Source: Gammaproteobacteria bacterium
GTDB taxonomy: Bacteria > Pseudomonadota > Gammaproteobacteria > UBA12402
Direction: 5' to 3'
Assembly (NCBI GenBank): GCA_050123335.1
Contig: JASFHH010000004.1
Span: forward strand, 3,561-67,560
DNA: 64,000 nucleotides
A model generated the notes under the pieces. The model did not search any database. It saw only the letters and a program-made list of their open reading frames with translations, and was not told the origin of the DNA. The position numbers and the translations under genes were made by a program. Of this stretch, positions 21,300 to 31,900 are shown piece by piece (the first letter of the stretch is position 1; each line of letters starts with the position of its first letter).

Positions 21300-22406
21300 A
21301 TGAAAGCGCAAAAAATAAAGCTAAATGACAATACTCAACCTTTTTGGATTGTGGTTGGAGACGATTATTTGCCCATTAAGTCAATCTACCAATATCTATT
21401 TTTTTTACGCAGCATCGATAAATCACCTAACACTATTAGAACTTATGCGCACCATTTAAAAATTTTTTGGGAATATCTTGCAATCAATCAATTAGAGTGG
21501 AACAAAATAAATATCGAAAAATTAGCTCGTTTTGTTGCCACACTTAATGGTTTGATTGATGGCAAAATTACCAATTTAAGCATCCCTAAAGGAAAACGCT
21601 CCGCTCGAACCATTAATCAAATAATTGTTGCTGTCGCTGGATTTTATCAATACCACCATAGATTGGGACAAGCACCTAATATGCCATTATATGATTGGAA
21701 AAGGCCATTTATAACAGGAAAATCTTTTAAACCATTTTTACATCACATTAACAAATCGAAAAAACAACGTAAAAGTTTTATTAAACTTAGAGAAGAAAAA
21801 AAATTAGCTCAAGTCGTTGAACCTGAAATCATAAAACAAATGATTGCTAATTGTAAACGCATCAGAGATAAATTTCTTATTTGCCTTTTGTATGAAACCG
21901 GTTGCCGTATTGGACAAGCGCTTGGATTACATCACGAAGACATAGAAACTTTTAACAACATTATCATGATTCGTCCGCGAGATAATAATTTTAATAATGC
22001 TAGAGCGAAAACTCGACAAATGAATAAAATAAATGTTAGTAAAAATTTAATGAACTTATATTATGAATATTATATGAAAGAATATGGTGATATTAAAAGC
22101 GATTATGTGTTTATAAATTTATGGCAAGGGAAAATTGGTAATCCTATGACTTATAATGCTGTCATTACACTATTTAATCGTCTAAGCAAAAAAGTTGGTG
22201 TTCATGTAACACCTCATATGTTGCGTCATACTCATGCAACTGAGTTAATCAAAGCAAAGTGGGGAATGGCACATGTTCAAAAACGCCTTGGACATCAAAA
22301 TATTCAAACTACAATTAACACATATACTCATATTACAAATGATGATCTAAAAGAACAATTTCAAGATTATTTGCAAAGCAGGGGTGATGATTTATGCCAA
22401 AATTAA
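21300..22406 (+). CDS. Tn554-family TnpA-like tyrosine recombinase
   Basis: SPNTIRTYAHHL, ETGCRIGQALGL, HMLRHTHAT, LGHQNIQTTINTY. Confidence 0.88.
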   Translation: MKAQKIKLNDNTQPFWIVVGDDYLPIKSIYQYLFFLRSIDKSPNTIRTYAHHLKIFWEYLAINQLEWNKINIEKLARFVATLNGLIDGKITNLSIPKGKRSARTINQIIVAVAGFYQYHHRLGQAPNMPLYDWKRPFITGKSFKPFLHHINKSKKQRKSFIKLREEKKLAQVVEPEIIKQMIANCKRIRDKFLICLLYETGCRIGQALGLHHEDIETFNNIIMIRPRDNNFNNARAKTRQMNKINVSKNLMNLYYEYYMKEYGDIKSDYVFINLWQGKIGNPMTYNAVITLFNRLSKKVGVHVTPHMLRHTHATELIKAKWGMAHVQKRLGHQNIQTTINTYTHITNDDLKEQFQDYLQSRGDDLCQN

Positions 22407-23884
22407 ATATTTTGCCTCAAACAAATAAAAATCTTATTGATAACAACCCAATTTGGTATAAAGATGATATTTGGTCTCTTGAAAATTTAGGCATAAATGG
22501 TAACAAATCAGATAAATACAATACGATTAGTTTTAAAAAAATCCAACAACCATGGTTAAAACACCTTCTTAAAAAACACATTCTCTTTAAAGGAATTAGT
22601 AGAGGCTGTCATTCTATAACTAAAATGGTCGCATCTATTATTTATTTCTCTGAATATCTTTCTGCATTACCAGAAAAACAACAAATATATTCTGAAACGG
22701 AAATTTCTCGAACTTTAATCGAAGGGTATTTGAGATTTTTAGGAAGCAGCGACAATTCTTATAATACCAAAAACCAAAAACTCAATGCGCTTAAGCGTTT
22801 TTTTGAAACTTGTATTGATCAAAAATGGGTTCCTTTTAATGGAAAATTAATCTATCCCGAAGATATTCCAAAACCAGCGAATAAACTACCACGATTTATA
22901 CCAGAATCAGTTATGGAGCAATTAAATGCGAAATTAAACAAAATGAATCCTTATGTAAAACGCATGCTTATAACACTTCAAGAAACAGGAGTAAGAATTG
23001 ACGAGCTATTATCATTAAATTTTGATTGTATTTATCAAGATCGAGAAGGTGATTATTTTTTAAAGTATTTTCAATTTAAAATGAATAAGGAACATGAGAT
23101 ACCGATATCGCATGACTTAGCTTCAATTGTAAGAGAGCAACAACAAACTGTTCGTGATGATTGGGGTGACCACAAATTATTATTTCCTACACCACAATAT
23201 ATTTCTTTAAATAACTCAAATAAGCGTCGAGCTAAGAATAGGGGGAAAAAGTGGTCAAGACGTGTTTTATCACAATATGTAAATGATTTTGCACGAGCTG
23301 AAAATATACTTGGTCCTGATGGAAAACCATGGCAATTTAAGTTCCATGATTTTCGTCATACATTAGCTACAAGAATGATTAACAGTAATATTAAGCAACA
23401 TTTTATACAACATTTTTTAGGTCATGAAAGCCCAGAAATGACATCACGTTATGCTCATGTACATAATGAAACTCTAAAAAAAGAATTTGCTACATTTTAT
23501 AATCAAAATTTAGTTAGTATTTCCGGTGATATTAGCACCCCAGAAAATGTAATTGATGATATTGCACAAGGCACAAGCCCAAAAGAAATTGATGAGCTTT
23601 GGCTAAAACGAAATATAATGGCGCAAGCTTTACCTAACGGCATGTGTTCTTTACCAGCAATTTCTAATAAATGCCCACATGCTAATTCTTGCTTAACATG
23701 TGCAAATTTTCGTACAGATAAACGATTCTTGAAAATTCACAAAGAACAATTGGAAAAAACGCAAAAAATTATTAATACGGCGCAAAAAAACGGATGGGAA
23801 CGACAATACGAAATGAATTGCACCGTAAAGAATAGTTTAGAAAAGATTATAACTACTTTAGAGGAACAATCTAATGACACATAA
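22394..23884 (+). CDS. Tn554-family TnpB-like tyrosine recombinase
   Basis: ETGVRIDE, HDFRHTLAT, LGHESPEMTSRYAH. C-terminal ALPNGMC..P...CPHANSCLTC. Confidence 0.88.
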   Translation: MPKLNILPQTNKNLIDNNPIWYKDDIWSLENLGINGNKSDKYNTISFKKIQQPWLKHLLKKHILFKGISRGCHSITKMVASIIYFSEYLSALPEKQQIYSETEISRTLIEGYLRFLGSSDNSYNTKNQKLNALKRFFETCIDQKWVPFNGKLIYPEDIPKPANKLPRFIPESVMEQLNAKLNKMNPYVKRMLITLQETGVRIDELLSLNFDCIYQDREGDYFLKYFQFKMNKEHEIPISHDLASIVREQQQTVRDDWGDHKLLFPTPQYISLNNSNKRRAKNRGKKWSRRVLSQYVNDFARAENILGPDGKPWQFKFHDFRHTLATRMINSNIKQHFIQHFLGHESPEMTSRYAHVHNETLKKEFATFYNQNLVSISGDISTPENVIDDIAQGTSPKEIDELWLKRNIMAQALPNGMCSLPAISNKCPHANSCLTCANFRTDKRFLKIHKEQLEKTQKIINTAQKNGWERQYEMNCTVKNSLEKIITTLEEQSNDT

Positions 23885-24293
23885 ACGCAATACAGATGGC
23901 ATGGTTCAAGCAGCAAAACAACGGCGCTTAGATACTATTAGACGTGTAGAAAAGGCCATAGAGAGCTTATTACGCGATAATAAGGCCATTAATTTCAATG
24001 TAGTTGCAAAATTAGCTAACGTTGGTAAACCATGGTTATATAAAGAGGAAAAAGTAAGGCAGCGTATCGAAAATTTGCGCTCACAAACACAGTTATGTAA
24101 AAATAATTCACCAAATGATTCTCAGAATATAAGTAATAAATCCAAAGGTAATATTATCGCTATGTTAAAAGATCGTATACGTACGTTAGAAGATGAAAAC
24201 AAGCAACTTAAAGAGCAAAGGGAGGTATTATATGGCAAATTGTGCATGTCAGAAGACATGGGGTGTGAAATACATACATTGGATGTCCGATAA
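23874..24293 (+). CDS. Tn554-family TnpC-like (DUF6262) protein
   Basis: INFNVVAKLANVGKPWLY followed by a coiled coil ending LYG. Confidence 0.82.
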   Translation: MTHKRNTDGMVQAAKQRRLDTIRRVEKAIESLLRDNKAINFNVVAKLANVGKPWLYKEEKVRQRIENLRSQTQLCKNNSPNDSQNISNKSKGNIIAMLKDRIRTLEDENKQLKEQREVLYGKLCMSEDMGCEIHTLDVR

Positions 24294-24310
24294 CGGTTAT
24301 TACCAGACAT
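24283..24310. other. dif-like tyrosine-recombinase site 2, directly upstream of recombinase gene
   Basis: ATGTCCGATAA-CGGTTA-TTACCAGACAT. Arms are 9/11 inverted-complementary; the site ends 34 bp before ATG 24345. Confidence 0.7.
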
Positions 24311-24344
24311 TGAATATAGCCCATAAATCTGTTAGGATTCAATA

Positions 24345-25547
24345 ATGACGTATGAAATTGCTACTCCTGCTGCCATTATAGATAACCTTGAACATCTCAA
24401 GGAACAAACCCTATTTTCTCATCCTAATTACAATAAATTAGTATTTACACAGCAAGATTTTAATCTTGTTAAGCAATTTTTATTAAATTATGTGGGCAGC
24501 AAAGCGACTTATAACACCTATAGGCGCGAAATTGAGCGTTATTTACAATGGCTATGGCTTGTGCAAAATCGCTCAATACTTAAAGTAAAACGTAAAGATG
24601 TTGAGATATATCTTGGATTTTGCGCTAATCCTCCAAAAAATTGGATTACGAACAATCATTTTCCTCGATTTATCTTAAAGGATGGCATAAGACAACCAAA
24701 TCCAGTTTGGCGGCCATTTGTGTTAAAAAACGATAAAAAACGCTATTTAATGTCGCAAGCTGGTTGGAAATCATTATTTGCTGTCTTAGGCAGTTTTCAC
24801 CAATTTTTAATTGAAGAAGAACACGCAGAAATTAACCCAATTGCGCAAATTCGACAAAAATCCAGATTTATTCGTAAAGAACAATCAAGACAACAAGTAC
24901 GTCGATTAACAGAACTACAATGGAATTATGTGATAGAAACTGCTGAAATAATGGCCAATCAAGATCATCAATACGAACGTACTTTATTTATCGTATCTTG
25001 TTTATATGGTATGTATTTAAGAATCTCAGAGCTAACGGCAACGGATCGCTGGATACCTCAAATGAATAACTTTTATCAAGATAATGAAGGCGATTGGTGG
25101 TTTAAAACTGTTGGAAAAGGCAATAAAGAACGAATTATATCTGTTAGCGACGCTATGTTAGAAGCGTTAAAACGTTATCGCAAAAATCGGGGATTACCTG
25201 CCCTACCTTCCCTTAACGATATATCTCCTTTAGTTGCTAAAAGTCATGGCGAAGGTGCAATAACATCAACACGTCATATTCGCCGCATTGTGCAACAATG
25301 TTTTGACCAAGCAATTCAAAGAATGATAAAAGATAATTTTGTTGATGAAGCAGAACAACTGAAAGCAGCAACTGTGCATTGGTTGCGGCATACGGGAATC
25401 TCAGATGATGTAAAAATACGTCCTCGCGAACACGTGCGCGATGATGCTGGCCATGGCTCTGGTGCAATTACTGACAGATATATTGACATTGAACTAAGAC
25501 GACGTCATGCTACTGCTAAAAAGAAAACTATTAAACCGGATGATTAA
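24345..25547 (+). CDS. intact tyrosine recombinase, candidate single-subunit Xer
   Basis: Catalytic set YLRISEL, GKGNKER, HWLRH, DAGH, TDRY all present. Not XerC/XerD-like in overall sequence. Confidence 0.85.
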   Translation: MTYEIATPAAIIDNLEHLKEQTLFSHPNYNKLVFTQQDFNLVKQFLLNYVGSKATYNTYRREIERYLQWLWLVQNRSILKVKRKDVEIYLGFCANPPKNWITNNHFPRFILKDGIRQPNPVWRPFVLKNDKKRYLMSQAGWKSLFAVLGSFHQFLIEEEHAEINPIAQIRQKSRFIRKEQSRQQVRRLTELQWNYVIETAEIMANQDHQYERTLFIVSCLYGMYLRISELTATDRWIPQMNNFYQDNEGDWWFKTVGKGNKERIISVSDAMLEALKRYRKNRGLPALPSLNDISPLVAKSHGEGAITSTRHIRRIVQQCFDQAIQRMIKDNFVDEAEQLKAATVHWLRHTGISDDVKIRPREHVRDDAGHGSGAITDRYIDIELRRRHATAKKKTIKPDD

Positions 25548-25566
25548 AAACTTAGAGGAAAAATAA

Positions 25567-25992
25567 ATGTTAGCTAAAACTGTTAAGTTCATTTTTTGCG
25601 CCACACTACTATTTTGTTCTGTAGGTTTTGCTTCTGGCACAAAAACTAAATATTTTATTACGGGTGAATATCTTTTACCTAAGTGTCATGCGGCAATAAG
25701 ACTTTTAAATAAAGACAACATACAATCTGGTGATGGTGTAAATGCTACTGTTTGTAGTACTTTTGTCATGACATCCATGGATGCATATAATCAATTTTTG
25801 AGTGATTCTGCAAAAAATAATACTGATTATATTAAAAAAGCCAATAGATTACCGAGTAACTTATTTGTTCTTATTAGAATGTTTACAAAATACCTTGATG
25901 AGCATCCAGAACAATTGCAATATTCTGCATATCAAACTTTTTTTGTGTTTTGCACTTCGCTGGAAATGCATGCTACGAAAAAAAATAATTAA
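25567..25992 (+). CDS. exported Rap1a/Tai-like immunity-fold protein
   Basis: Signal peptide; TGEYLLPKC, C..FV...MD, FTKYLDEHPEQLQYSA. Confidence 0.65.
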   Translation: MLAKTVKFIFCATLLFCSVGFASGTKTKYFITGEYLLPKCHAAIRLLNKDNIQSGDGVNATVCSTFVMTSMDAYNQFLSDSAKNNTDYIKKANRLPSNLFVLIRMFTKYLDEHPEQLQYSAYQTFFVFCTSLEMHATKKNN

Positions 25993-26016
25993 CACATAAT
26001 AACAAGAGGAAGTGTT

Positions 26017-27729
26017 ATGAAAAAAAGTGGTTACTCATCATCAGAATCAAATATTCCTTGGAATACAATCAAAGGGCAAGAGCTTGAAAAACTAGTATAT
26101 GATATTTTTTCTTCAAGAGGTGCAAAAGAGTTAGTTTGGCGAAAAGGAAGTATTGGCAAAAGTGCTAGCGACGGAGGGCGAGATCTTGAATGCACATTTC
26201 ACCGCCCTTCTCCCTTTGGAGAATTAGAATCGGAAAAATGGTGGGTGCAAGTAAAAGGAAGAAAAGATACTATTAAAACTGATGAGGTTAAAAAAATAAT
26301 AAATCATATTGTAATTGCATATCAGGAAGTAGATGTAATTGTAATAGCAACCAATTCAATTTTCACAAATGCGACAAGAGATTGGATTGACAAGGTTCAA
26401 AAAACCCATAAAAGACCAAAAATTAAAATGTGGGATCAAAATACGCTCGATAAATTAATTATTAAGTATTGTCCTGCTATAATTATGCAATATGATGCAA
26501 ATTTACAAATAAAAAATGAAAGTAAACAAAATACAACTGTGAAAAAAAGAACACCTGTTGCAATTTTCGATACCATAAAATATATTAGAAAACAAAACTT
26601 ATTTCTACATTCAAATTATAACAGATTATCTTTTGTCAAACAGGATTTTGCGTACGCGAAGCAATTTTTATTAAATTATACAAGAAGAGAGGCAACTTAT
26701 AACACTTATAGGCGCGAAATCGAGCGTTATTTGCAATGGTTGTGGTTAAATCATAAATCTATATTGCAAGTAAAACATCAAGACATTGAGTTATATCTTG
26801 CATTTTGCAGTGATCCTCCAAAAAATTGGATAGCAGAAAAACATGCCCCCAGATTTATTTTAAAAAATGGCTTACGACAACCAAATCCAACTTGGCGACC
26901 TTTTGACCTAAATAAAAACAAAAAATCATATTCTATGTCGCAAGCTGGTTGGGAATCGTTATTTGCTGTTTTAGGTAGCTTCCATAAGTTTTTGATTAAA
27001 AAAAAACATACCGAAATTGACCCAATTATACAAATTGATAGATCAAGGTTTATTTGTGAAAATCAATCTAAACAGCAAATACGTCGATTAACTAAATTGC
27101 AATGGAATTACGTTATCGAAACCGCTGAAATTATGGCAAATAGAAATCCGAAATATGAACGCACATTGTTTATTATGTCCTGCTTGTATGGAATGTATTT
27201 AAAAATTTCAGAACTAGCCGCGAATAATCGCTGGATTCCTAATATGAATCATTTTCACCAGGATAGTGATGGCAAGTGGTGGTTTAAAACAGGTAACAAC
27301 AAAAAGCGCAATATTCCAGTTAGTGATGGGATGTTGGAAGCCTTAAAACGTTATCGCAAAAGTCAGGGGTTGCTTGCTCTGCCCTCACCTAGCGACACCA
27401 CACCACTAATTGTGAAAGAACGTGGTGATGAGGCGATTGCTTCAACTCGTCAAATTCGCACCATTGTGAAAAAATGTTTTGATCAAGCGATTAAGCGTAT
27501 GAAGCAAGATGATTTTTCTGATGATGCAGAACAATTAGAAGTTGCTACCGTACATTGGTTACGTCATACTGGCATTTCAGATGATGTAAAAAATAGGCCA
27601 TGGGAACATGTACGAGATGATGCTGGACATAGCTCTGGAGCAATCACCGAAAAATATATTGACACTGAGAGCAAACAACGACATGCTACAGCTAAGCGGA
27701 AAACTATTAAATCGGAGGATATAAATTAG
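26017..27729 (+). CDS. Mrr-type restriction endonuclease fused to paralogue of 24345 recombinase
   Basis: N-terminal ELEKLV, DGGRD, WWVQVK, IATNS.FT. C-terminal ~390 aa highly similar to 24345..25547 but reads YLKISEL and lacks GKG. Confidence 0.85.
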   Translation: MKKSGYSSSESNIPWNTIKGQELEKLVYDIFSSRGAKELVWRKGSIGKSASDGGRDLECTFHRPSPFGELESEKWWVQVKGRKDTIKTDEVKKIINHIVIAYQEVDVIVIATNSIFTNATRDWIDKVQKTHKRPKIKMWDQNTLDKLIIKYCPAIIMQYDANLQIKNESKQNTTVKKRTPVAIFDTIKYIRKQNLFLHSNYNRLSFVKQDFAYAKQFLLNYTRREATYNTYRREIERYLQWLWLNHKSILQVKHQDIELYLAFCSDPPKNWIAEKHAPRFILKNGLRQPNPTWRPFDLNKNKKSYSMSQAGWESLFAVLGSFHKFLIKKKHTEIDPIIQIDRSRFICENQSKQQIRRLTKLQWNYVIETAEIMANRNPKYERTLFIMSCLYGMYLKISELAANNRWIPNMNHFHQDSDGKWWFKTGNNKKRNIPVSDGMLEALKRYRKSQGLLALPSPSDTTPLIVKERGDEAIASTRQIRTIVKKCFDQAIKRMKQDDFSDDAEQLEVATVHWLRHTGISDDVKNRPWEHVRDDAGHSSGAITEKYIDTESKQRHATAKRKTIKSEDIN

Positions 27730-27805
27730 TTACATTAAAAGCAAGATACATGGAATACTATAAATACTTGCTTGCTTATTATAACTGCTTGTTTTTAAAA
27801 AATTT

Positions 27806-27834
27806 GATGTGGTTTAATTTTCTTATCGGAGATA
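27806..27834. other. dif-like half site 3
   Basis: TTTTC-TTATCGGAGATA. Shares TTTTCTTATC (27818-27827) with 20975-20984. Confidence 0.6.
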
Positions 27835-27846
27835 GCGAGAGCCTCT

Positions 27847-28674
27847 CTAATCCAAGAAATTTAAAATACATTCCGTAATCTGTTCCCAAATCGTTTTGTT
27901 AAAAAACACATGTCCGACTTCTGGCAAAATGATTACATTAAATTTATTTTTTAAAGCTTTAATCTCATCAACTAGCGCCAATATATCTTCTTCTCCATGA
28001 ATTAATAATAAATTATCTGGTAATTCTTGCGATAAATCAGTTTTTGTCATTCCTGCCGCTATATGATTCCAGGCTGGATTAAAATCACCTTGATGGCGAT
28101 TATAAATACTTTGCGTGTAATTCTTTGCCATTTGTTCATCAATTGGGATATCTCCATGCAACAATTTCCAACTATTAAGCCACCCTGCCCAATCTTTTTT
28201 AAAATTGCCAGTTGGTTTATTCTTAAATAATTCTTGCATTGTTGCTTTATATTTTGGATGCTCAAGGATTTGTTCGCTAATGTTAATCGATATCGAAATC
28301 GCACTTAAAGTTCTATCTGGATGTTTTACTGTCAAATATTGCACGATAGCGCCACCCATAGAATGACCGATAAAATGAGCTTTTTGAATATTATAATCAT
28401 CTAAAATATTTAATGCATCTTCTGCAAGATCAGCAAGCGTGTATACAGGTTTATTAAGATCTTTAGTAACGGGAAAATGTGTAGAATAACCAATATCCCG
28501 ATGATCATAGCGAATAACAAAATATCCGGCATTAGCCAATTCTTTACAAAAAAAATCTGGCCAAAAAGTACTAGGTGCGTGTGCACCAGCAATTAGCAAA
28601 ATTGCATGATTGTTTTTGTTGCCGAAAGATTCTGTCCATATGTTTATACTATTTTTTACAACAATTTTTTCCAT
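27847..28674 (-). CDS. alpha/beta hydrolase
   Basis: RYDHRDIGYS, GHSMGG, HGEED, GH catalytic-triad motifs. Confidence 0.9.
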   Translation of the reverse strand: MEKIVVKNSINIWTESFGNKNNHAILLIAGAHAPSTFWPDFFCKELANAGYFVIRYDHRDIGYSTHFPVTKDLNKPVYTLADLAEDALNILDDYNIQKAHFIGHSMGGAIVQYLTVKHPDRTLSAISISINISEQILEHPKYKATMQELFKNKPTGNFKKDWAGWLNSWKLLHGDIPIDEQMAKNYTQSIYNRHQGDFNPAWNHIAAGMTKTDLSQELPDNLLLIHGEEDILALVDEIKALKNKFNVIILPEVGHVFFNKTIWEQITECILNFLD

Positions 28675-28676
28675 TT

Positions 28677-28837
28677 ATAAAATATTCTCTTTTTAAAGCC
28701 ATAATTCTGTTATACGATAAATCTATTCTTTGTTCTGATATAACTCCTTGTTTAATAAGTTGGTTGATAATCTGTATAACTTTAATAGCCTGCATGTGTA
28801 AATCATCAGTTATTACAATTTCTTTGAAACCTAACTT
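28677..28837 (-). pseudogene. displaced, internally deleted duplicate of nagZ 3' end
   Basis: 28677-28783 matches 32104-32210 (99/107). 28785-28837 matches 32317-32369. Confidence 0.93.
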
Positions 28838-28990
28838 GGCCTATTATTTAGCTTTCTAGCGATAATGACAAGCTTATTATGATCAATATTGTTAAAATTT
28901 GTGCCTTTTGGTAAATATTATCTAGACTTTTGACCCGGATTAGCTTAGCATATTTCATGATCTCATTCGCAACCCAAATGTCTACAAATT

Positions 28991-31900
28991 ATGCTTAATG
29001 GTAATTATAAGGTCTATTTAAAACTAAAAGAATGCATCAAAACTAATTATACAAATATTAGATCGTATAAAACATTACAACTAGTAGAAACGACCAAAAT
29101 TTTACAATTAACTAAACAGGCAATCGGGTTTGTGCGCAATTATGAGATAGAGTTTATTTGTAATAAAAAAATGATTATTACTTCGAAGATAAAACCTAAA
29201 ATTGTAATAAAAATAAACTCCAGAACACGCTCAACGATAATCAGCCTTCCCTTTAAGCAGCAATTGATTCACCTTAAACCTAAAATATTTATTTCAAATA
29301 CTGATTGTATGCTTATTGGATTTATATTGGAAAATGTTTATGCTAAGCATAATAAGAAAAACTGGAAGTTTGGTAAAGAAAAAAAAAGGCGATTGGTTAC
29401 GCACTTAATGTTTGTTTTATTTCCATGCCTCAATGCACTGTTGCACCAAGTTGCAGAATTCAAAAGCGTAGATGAAGCACTAAAGATCTACGATTTTATT
29501 ATAGAGAATATTGCAGCTAACTATATGAAAATTGGCGCTCTTGTAAAAAAAGGAATGCTGCAACAGTATGTTTTACGAAAAAATGATAAGGCAATTAAAT
29601 CTTATCAAGATGCATATAAGATTTGCAAAAAAATAAACTGCTATGATCTTATTTTTGTGCTAACATGCCTTTACCCTATATTTCATAACAGTAAAAATTT
29701 ACCACTAAAAATTTGGTTTCCTGAATCTTTGCATAAGATAATATGCAAAAAACTAAATAAGCATTTTGGCCCATATCTAAAGAGTCAAATAGCTTTATTG
29801 GTAACTGGGTTTACTAAGGAAGAGAACATTGAACTAAAAATTTTTATTGTCCGAATATATGAATGCTATATAAAGTATGCTATTTTAAATAAAATAAAGC
29901 TAAGCAATAAATTATTGCATAAATTTTACTTAACACAACATAGAACCCATGGATTAAGCTTGGAAGATCTATTTGATCTTGCGGTCTCAAAAAATAATTT
30001 TCTGATAGCTCTTGCTTTGTATGATGAAGAAAATAAACTAAATCCCGCTAATATAGATTTTTATATAAAATTTATTATCTTTACAATAGATCAAAACCAA
30101 ACAATTATAGCAAATAAATTGCTAAACAAGCTTAGTGAATATTCTAAAGCTGTAGAAAGCAGCAAATACGCAATTATTTTTTATCTACTAAATGGTAATG
30201 CTAAGCAAGCTAAAAAGTGTAAATTCGGTAATATAAGTAACCTTGAGTTAATCACAATAAATAATTATCTTGGTAAAAAGGTTGCAAAAAATCTTAAAAT
30301 AATTCTTAATAAGATTGAATCAAAAATAAATACTGTGTCAAAAAAGAATAAACACAACAAGCGCAATAAAAAAAGAAAAATTAAAAAGAAACGTAAGCAA
30401 CAAAAAAAACTATTTATGAAAGCTGATGAAAAACAACAAACTATGAAACCGAAAACCAAGATAGAAAAAAAACCCCCAACCCCTATTTACATACCAGGAA
30501 GCAAGATAAACCCTGAAATTATAGAAATTATAAAGGCTATACAAAATAAATGCCCTGTTATTATGATTATTGGTTCAGCCATGCTGCGTCATCTGTATAA
30601 TAAACCTCCCACTGATTACGACATGCTTGTTGGCTGTAATCTTGACGAGATAAAATTATTTATACCAAAAAAATATTCAGTCACTTTTATAGAGGGCGAA
30701 CATCCACACTTGGTTGTTAAATATGGTAAAAACAAAACCGTTGATATTAACACTTTGATTTATAAAACCATGGTTGTTATTTGTAAACGTATAGATTATC
30801 AAACCACGAAGAAATTATACCAAACTATTTTTCGTTTAGTAGATAGATTTATAGTCCTTATGTGTATAGATAATGGCAAGCTCACTATGATTGATATTAT
30901 ATGGTTTGATGATAGAACTAACAATATAAGATTTCAGCAGATAACAAAAAAACATAAGTCAAAATTGTTTAATAAACTTTGGAATTCGTACATTCAGCAA
31001 TTAAAAAAGCGCAAAAAAAATACCATATATAAGTTTTTTATCAAGAATCATATAATAACAGTACATATAGCAAAGCTGTTTGAGGTTACTGATATAGAGA
31101 TACCATTGAAGCGTTATTTACGTGGTGGTACTGCAACCATAACCTCAATTGGCTGGTCATATAATCAAAAAGAAAATGTATTTTATACAAAAGACGATTT
31201 TTTTGGTGGATTACTTCACTTAAAAAGTAAAAAAGTTGTATTGATTCATAATCCAACAACAACTTTCAACCAATCTCCAGAAAAGGCATATAGGATTATA
31301 TATTATGCAATTGCTTTTGGCTTTGAACTCAAAGAAAAAACACTTAAATCTCTACAAAAACGTAAAGATCTTCTATTTAAAAAACCTTATGCCCCACATC
31401 CAAATACTATTTATAAATATATTAAAAAATTGTTGTTAGAAGACGGGGCTGCCACCATTAAATATATTAACAGCAATAAATTGTGGCATTTGGTGCCACT
31501 ATTTAAACTGCCTAACAGCAAGTTTCCTACAGAAAGAGATATTATCTTCTATATTGAATGTTTTACAGAGCTCAGAAAGGCTGTTCGAAACATACAGCAA
31601 ATTAAAGAAGAAATCATCATCCCAGCAATTTTACTATATCCAAACATTCATGAAGCATTGAAAACTTTTACTATGATACTACAACAATCTCGATGCTGGC
31701 GTACATTTTATTCAGTAGTCCATAACCTTATTATAAACGAAGAATATTTTAAGCCATTTAAAGCAGCAGCAAATTTTTTTGCTGCGATTGATACCATTAG
31801 GCATGTTATAGTTTATAGGAATGCTTCCATTCCCAAAAAATCTGACATTTCTAAGAAATTAACTATTGAAACAAAACTTCTGCTAAAGGGTTTTGAAATT

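Larger units (their letters stand above)
21200..24293 (+). mobile_element. Tn554-like tnpABC element (ends approximate)
   Basis: Three overlapping genes with canonical tnpA-tnpB-tnpC architecture and no cargo. Confidence 0.75.

Noticed and set aside
21300-25547. RIT element or integron integrase
   Set aside because: The third overlapping gene is TnpC-like rather than a recombinase. I saw no IntI-specific insertion and no attC array.
28575-28859. 94-aa + strand ORF
   Set aside because: Antisense shadow of the nagZ duplicate and hydrolase start; like the other short antisense ORFs in the track, it has no independent support.
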